From Candidatus Levyibacteriota bacterium (GTDB lineage: Bacteria; Patescibacteriota; Microgenomatia; Levybacterales; UBA12049): DNA of 64,000 nt. Positions 59,693-64,000 of this stretch are shown in pieces. Location of the stretch: positions 204,383 through 268,382 of the forward strand of contig JAYRIM010000028.1 in assembly GCA_041906785.1 (NCBI GenBank), given 5' to 3'. The number at the start of each line of letters is the position of its first letter. Position 1 is the first letter of the stretch. The notes beneath the pieces were generated by a model. It saw nothing but the letters and a program-made list of their open reading frames with translations. It searched no databases and was not told where the DNA came from. The position numbers and the translations under genes were made by a program.

Positions 59693-61369
59693 GTGCCCTC
59701 ATTGAAATCTTCGAATAAAAAAAGAACGAAATATATTTTTGTCTCCGGAGGAGTCATTTCAGGTATCGGAAAAGGTTTAACAGCTTCATCAATTGCATTA
59801 CTTTTAAAATCCGCCGGGTATAAAGTCGCCCCTATCAAGTTTGAAAATTATCTTAATTTAGATGCAGGCACAATTAATCCTATTGAACATGGAGATCCGT
59901 TTCTCTGTGAAGATGGCGCAGAAACAGATATGGACATTGGTTCATATGAGAAATTCCTTGGTGAAGACATGGGGCGTGATAACTTCGTAACAATAGGAAA
60001 AATTTATTTCACTGTTATGGAGAGAGAACGAAGATTTGAATATAAAGGTGAGGATGTCGAAGCGATACCTCACGTTACAGATGAAATCATTTCCCGAATT
60101 ACAGGATTAGCTGAGAAAAAAGGTGCGGATATTGTTCTTATAGAACTTGGAGGGACTGCTGGGGAATACCAGAATATTTTATATTATGAAGCTTCACGTA
60201 TTATGACATTAAAAAACCCCGGAGATGTGGTACATGTTCATGTAAGTTATATGCCGACACCTGGGCATTTGGGAGAACCAAAAACGAAACCTACGCAATT
60301 ATCTGTCCGAACACTAAATTCAATGGGTATACAACCAGACTTCATTATTGCCCGTTCCGATAAGTATATAGATCAGCGTCGACGGGATCGTTTTGCTCTT
60401 TTCTGTAACATGCATCCTGAGGATATTATTTCTAATCCAGATCTCGAACATCCCTATGAAATACCTTTTGTGCTTCAGGATCAAGATTTAGCACGAAAGA
60501 TTATGAAGAAATTATCACTTCCTATAAAAACTTCTGATTTGTCAGAGTGGAAAAAATTGGTTGAAAGAATTAAAGCGAAGAAGTCCAAAGAGATTGAAAT
60601 TGCGATAGTAGGTAAATACTTTGGAACCGGTGACTACCAGCTTCGAGATTCGTATGCTGCATTATTCGATGCTATTGATCATGCCGCTTGGAAGCTTGGA
60701 GTAGCTGTAAAGACACGGTGGGTTGATGCTGAGAAAGTTGAGAAACAAGGAACAAGTGTTATAGGTAAACCAAATGGACTAATCGTTCCCATCGGTTGGG
60801 GAGAACGTGGAGCAGAAGGAATGATTGCTGCAGCTTCGTATGCCAGAAAAGAAAAAATTCCGTATTTAGGACTTTGTTATGGTATGCAGCTCGCTACAAT
60901 CGGTTTCGCTCGAGATGTGATGGGATGGAAAGATGCTGATACTGAAGAGAATAACCCAAAAACGAAACACGCTGTAATTCATTTTATTCCTGCGCAAAAA
61001 GAAATGGTTGCCAGAAGAGCATATGGAGGGACGATGCGATTGGGTGGCTGGGAAGCATTTGTTAAGAAAGGGACACGCGCGTATAGTTTATATGAAAAAT
61101 ATGGAGGCCTTCTTGATAAAAAGACAGGTTTAACCAGTGAACGACATCGTCATCGATATGAATTTAATAGTGAATATGACGCAGATTTCGAAAAAGCAGG
61201 TCTTATTATTGCTGCTCGTTCAAAAGTAGAGAATCTCGTAGAAATAATCGAATTACCTGAAACAGAACACCCCTTTTTTCTTGGCACACAAGGTCATCCA
61301 GAATATAAAAGTAAGCCTCTCCAACCGCATCCGATATTTATAGGTTTTCTTGAAGCGTCTAGTAGATAA
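59693..61369 (+). CDS. pyrG: CTP synthase
   Basis: KYIFVSGGVISGIGKG N-terminal P-loop-like motif. C-terminal type-1 glutamine amidotransferase (GLCYGMQL, HRHRYEFN). GTG start in the track; the exact start is uncertain. Confidence 0.95.
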   Translation: MPSLKSSNKKRTKYIFVSGGVISGIGKGLTASSIALLLKSAGYKVAPIKFENYLNLDAGTINPIEHGDPFLCEDGAETDMDIGSYEKFLGEDMGRDNFVTIGKIYFTVMERERRFEYKGEDVEAIPHVTDEIISRITGLAEKKGADIVLIELGGTAGEYQNILYYEASRIMTLKNPGDVVHVHVSYMPTPGHLGEPKTKPTQLSVRTLNSMGIQPDFIIARSDKYIDQRRRDRFALFCNMHPEDIISNPDLEHPYEIPFVLQDQDLARKIMKKLSLPIKTSDLSEWKKLVERIKAKKSKEIEIAIVGKYFGTGDYQLRDSYAALFDAIDHAAWKLGVAVKTRWVDAEKVEKQGTSVIGKPNGLIVPIGWGERGAEGMIAAASYARKEKIPYLGLCYGMQLATIGFARDVMGWKDADTEENNPKTKHAVIHFIPAQKEMVARRAYGGTMRLGGWEAFVKKGTRAYSLYEKYGGLLDKKTGLTSERHRHRYEFNSEYDADFEKAGLIIAARSKVENLVEIIELPETEHPFFLGTQGHPEYKSKPLQPHPIFIGFLEASSR

Positions 61370-61398
61370 ATCCTTCAGAAATTCATGCAATCAGAATA

Positions 61399-61427
61399 TT
61401 GTGAAAAGCTTAGATTTACGGTATAAT
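61399..61427 (+). promoter_or_regulatory. sigma70-type promoter (TTGTGA-N17-TATAAT) upstream of rplS
   Basis: TTGTGA 61399-61404, 17-nt spacer, TATAAT 61422-61427, ATG at 61435. Confidence 0.55.
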
Positions 61428-61434
61428 AGAGCCT

Positions 61435-61716
61435 ATGGTACAGCAAATAGATTTCCAACCAGGAGATACAATTCAAGTTTTCCAGAAAATAACAGAAGGT
61501 GAAAAAACACGTACACAGATGTTTGAGGGTGTCGTTCTTGGAATTCGCGGACGTGGTGAAAATAAAACTTTTACTGTTAGAAAATTGGTAGGCGATGTAG
61601 CAGTAGAACGCATATGGCCAATAGGTTCACCTAATATAGAGAAAATAAAAATAAAAGCGAAACCAAAAGATCGAATAAGAAGAGCAAAGTTGACATACCT
61701 CAGAAACTCCAAATAA
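61435..61716 (+). CDS. rplS: 50S ribosomal protein L19
   Basis: 93 aa; ...FQPGDTIQVFQKITEGEKTRTQMFEGVVLGIRGRGENKTFTVRKL...ERIWPIGSPNIEKI matches bL19. Confidence 0.9.
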   Translation: MVQQIDFQPGDTIQVFQKITEGEKTRTQMFEGVVLGIRGRGENKTFTVRKLVGDVAVERIWPIGSPNIEKIKIKAKPKDRIRRAKLTYLRNSK

Positions 61717-61721
61717 TTTAT

Positions 61722-61778
61722 TCTTCGAGCGAAGTCGAGAGGTTTTCAGTTCTCGGCTCAATTGCACTCGCTCGAACA
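61722..61778 (+). other. long imperfect hairpin between rplS and yraN
   Basis: Outer 9-bp inverted repeat TTCGAGCGA...TCGCTCGAA enclosing CGAGA...TCTCG. No U-tract. Confidence 0.4.
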
Positions 61779-61788
61779 ATAAACCTTC

Positions 61789-62154
61789 ATGAAAATAGTT
61801 AATCCAACAGCGGTTTTAGGAGAAGATCTGGCAACTGAATATCTTCAAAAAAAAGGATATAGAATTATTGAACGAAATTTTCGGCAACGGTATGGGGAAA
61901 TCGATATCATAGCAATTAAGGATGAAGTACTCGTTTTTATCGAAGTTAAAACGAGAAAATCAGAACGGTTTGGCACCCCATTAGAAGCTATAACTCCCTG
62001 GAAATTACGGGAATTGACCTCTACTGCACAGTTTTATACGATGCTTCATCCCAAGCTACCGAAAAGTTTACGTATTGATGCTATAAGCGTTATCTTGAAT
62101 AATGATAACAAAATCAGTACAATTGAACATGTCGAAAACATAAGTCTCGTATGA
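61789..62154 (+). CDS. yraN: YraN family (UPF0102) putative endonuclease
   Basis: GEIDIIA and VFIEVKTR motifs; 121 aa. Confidence 0.75.
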   Translation: MKIVNPTAVLGEDLATEYLQKKGYRIIERNFRQRYGEIDIIAIKDEVLVFIEVKTRKSERFGTPLEAITPWKLRELTSTAQFYTMLHPKLPKSLRIDAISVILNNDNKISTIEHVENISLV

Positions 62155-63551
62155 TTCCTAAAAAAGTAAAAATTGTAGCCACGCTTGGACCTGCCAGCGA
62201 TCATCCTGATACTATACTCCGGATGGCTGATGCTGGAGTAAATGTATTTCGCATCAATCTCTCTCATGCAACCCGAGAAGAAATTCTTACTAGAATAAGT
62301 TCAGTAAGAAATGCTGAAAAAAAATTAAAAAAACCTCTTGCTATTCTCGGCGATCTTGCAGGTCCGAAGATACGTATTGGCGACATGGATGAAGGAGTAA
62401 TCATCGAGAAAGACCAAGAAGTACTTATTGTTAAAGAAACTATAAAAGGTAATAAAACGCGTTTTTCTTTAAACTACCCATCTATCGTTCCTCAATTAGC
62501 TAAAGGTGCAGAAATTTTTATTGATGACGGAAAACTAAAACTTGAAGTTGTAAAAAAATCAGATTCTTCAGTTGTCGCAAAAGTATTGGTTGGGGGACTA
62601 CTTAAACCTAGAAAAGGGTTTAACGCACAAGGTATTTCACTTGCAAGCCAAGGTTTATCGGAGAAAGATAAAAAAGATCTTGAGTTTGTTCTAGAAAACG
62701 GTGCAGATGCGATTGCAATATCCTTTGTTCAATCAGAGAGAGATGTGGAGCTTGTCAGAAAATTGCTTCCGAAAAATTCAAACCACTTATTGATTGCGAA
62801 AATTGAAACAATGAAGAGTATTGAGGAAATAGAGAAAATTGTTCATGCTGCGGATGGTATTATGGTAGCGCGAGGTGATCTAGGATTAGCTGTACCAATG
62901 GAAGAAATTCCCTTCCTTCAAAAAAGATTAATAGAAATGTGTTTAGAAAAAGCGAAACCAGTTATTACAGCAACACAAATGTTAGAATCTATGACAACGA
63001 ATCCTATTCCGACTCGTGCAGAAGTGACTGATGTGGCAAACGCGATTCTTGATGGTACAGATGCTGTTATGCTTTCAGGAGAATCAGCTGCCGGTAGTTT
63101 TCCTGTAGAAACAGTAGAAATGATGGCGAGAATAATTCGAGAGACGACGCCTCATGTATCACAACGAACATATCCGCATGAAAAAAATATTGCTCATGCA
63201 ATTAGTTCTTCTGTCGGATCTATTGCAGAAGACCTTCAGGCAAAGGCTATTATTGCTTTTACTGAAAGCGGTGCAACTGCTCGGAGAATTTCAAGACACC
63301 GATCATCACAACCTATTCTTGTTTTAACACCTAATGAATCGACCTGGAGAAACATGAATTTTACAGCTGGAGTATATTCATTTAAAATCGAGCCAACAAA
63401 AAATTTCGATCACATGATGAAACAGGCTAGACAAGTTGCGAGAACAAACCCTGTAATACCTTTGAAAGAAGGAGAACCGCTTGTTATTGTCGCAGGATTA
63501 CCATTTGGGAAACGAGGCTCAACAAATATGATCTATATTGAGCATGCTTAA
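62151..63551 (+). CDS. pyk: pyruvate kinase
   Basis: 466 aa. KIVATLGPAS, MVARGDLG and the C-terminal effector domain. 4-nt overlap with yraN. Confidence 0.9.
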   Translation: MIPKKVKIVATLGPASDHPDTILRMADAGVNVFRINLSHATREEILTRISSVRNAEKKLKKPLAILGDLAGPKIRIGDMDEGVIIEKDQEVLIVKETIKGNKTRFSLNYPSIVPQLAKGAEIFIDDGKLKLEVVKKSDSSVVAKVLVGGLLKPRKGFNAQGISLASQGLSEKDKKDLEFVLENGADAIAISFVQSERDVELVRKLLPKNSNHLLIAKIETMKSIEEIEKIVHAADGIMVARGDLGLAVPMEEIPFLQKRLIEMCLEKAKPVITATQMLESMTTNPIPTRAEVTDVANAILDGTDAVMLSGESAAGSFPVETVEMMARIIRETTPHVSQRTYPHEKNIAHAISSSVGSIAEDLQAKAIIAFTESGATARRISRHRSSQPILVLTPNESTWRNMNFTAGVYSFKIEPTKNFDHMMKQARQVARTNPVIPLKEGEPLVIVAGLPFGKRGSTNMIYIEHA

Positions 63552-63563
63552 CATAACTTCTAC

Positions 63564-64000
63564 ATGGAACAGGATTTAAGGCGAGAAATAGGACATACAC
63601 TTGTAATTACTCCTCAATTAATTAATAGAGAAGCAGAACATCGTATCAGTGCTGCAAGAGAGCCTGAGAGCGAAGTTCCAGAGAGAGCTCAGGCTGTTGA
63701 AGATAGTAGAGGAAGAGTAAATAATTTAATGGTTGAGAGGTCAACGCTTAGTGAGAATGGTGAACCAAGAGCGCAAATAGAACGATATACCCCTGTTGCA
63801 AGTGGTAACGATACGCAAGATAATGTACCAAAAGAAACAAGACTGATTAGTACGTACGCTCTTTATGGAGAAAGAGACGGAGTAAAAGCTTCTGCGTGGT
63901 ATGAATATGGAATAAATAATGGACGAATGTATAAGCGTATGCATTTAGGTCTAGGCGAAGAAAGTACTTCTGTAGATGAGGGAAAGTCAATTGATTGGGA
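63564..64000 (+). CDS. hypothetical protein, 5-prime partial at window edge (compositionally atypical)
   Basis: ATG at 63564 opens a frame that runs to the window end without a stop (MEQDLRREIGHTLVITPQLINREAEHRISAAREPESEVPER...). It is missing from the ORF track, presumably because it is incomplete. Visibly richer in G+C, Glu and Arg than neighbours. Confidence 0.35.
   Translation, partial: MEQDLRREIGHTLVITPQLINREAEHRISAAREPESEVPERAQAVEDSRGRVNNLMVERSTLSENGEPRAQIERYTPVASGNDTQDNVPKETRLISTYALYGERDGVKASAWYEYGINNGRMYKRMHLGLGEESTSVDEGKSIDW

Overview
This is a 64 kb segment of a low-G+C bacterial chromosome. By eye it is roughly one-third G+C, gene-dense, with many 4-nt start/stop overlaps. It resembles a reduced-genome Gram-positive-like or Patescibacteria-type organism, but that is inference.

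Layout, left to right:
- metK (minus strand), preceded by a SAM-riboswitch-like leader whose hairpin buries the Shine-Dalgarno sequence.
- A 1.24 kb AT-rich gap with no ORFs. It carries two perfect DnaA boxes and sits between divergently transcribed genes.
- A roughly 30 kb cell-envelope glycosylation locus (1.3-35.9 kb). It contains four GT4 and two GT2 glycosyltransferases; three GT2::polytopic (PMT/ArnT-like GT-C) fusion proteins; and four further large polytopic proteins, at least one PMT_2-like. It also has a Wzx-like flippase, a Wzy-like ligase, an acyltransferase-3 protein, three SDR epimerase/dehydratases, two SAM methyltransferases, a zinc-ribbon C-methyltransferase-like enzyme, a secreted lectin+C39-like peptidase and an Ig-like anchored protein.
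- tRNA-Thr(CGT).
- A complete atpBEFHAGDC operon (minus strand), with a recurring intergenic motif and dense hairpins in its spacers.
- A compositionally odd Cys-rich small ORF between dnaE and atpB; dnaE; gatB; gatA.
- Two Nudix genes and two histidine phosphatases; gatC; the MurT/GatD lipid II amidation pair; htpX; lemA; polX.
- tRNA-Asp(GTC), and a LysM protein behind a textbook sigma70 promoter.
- A promoter-driven, highly structured leader plus a GIY-YIG nuclease ORF that abuts and overlaps an intact tRNA-Gly(CCC). The leader carries two partial copies of an internal tRNA-Gly segment.
- Nudix, pyrG, rplS, yraN, pyk, and a partial atypical ORF at the right edge.

No CRISPR array, transposase or integrase was recognised. 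The most system-like novelty is the glycosylation locus built around the three GT2::GT-C fusion proteins. The GIY-YIG/tRNA-Gly element and the candidate origin are the other high-value items.
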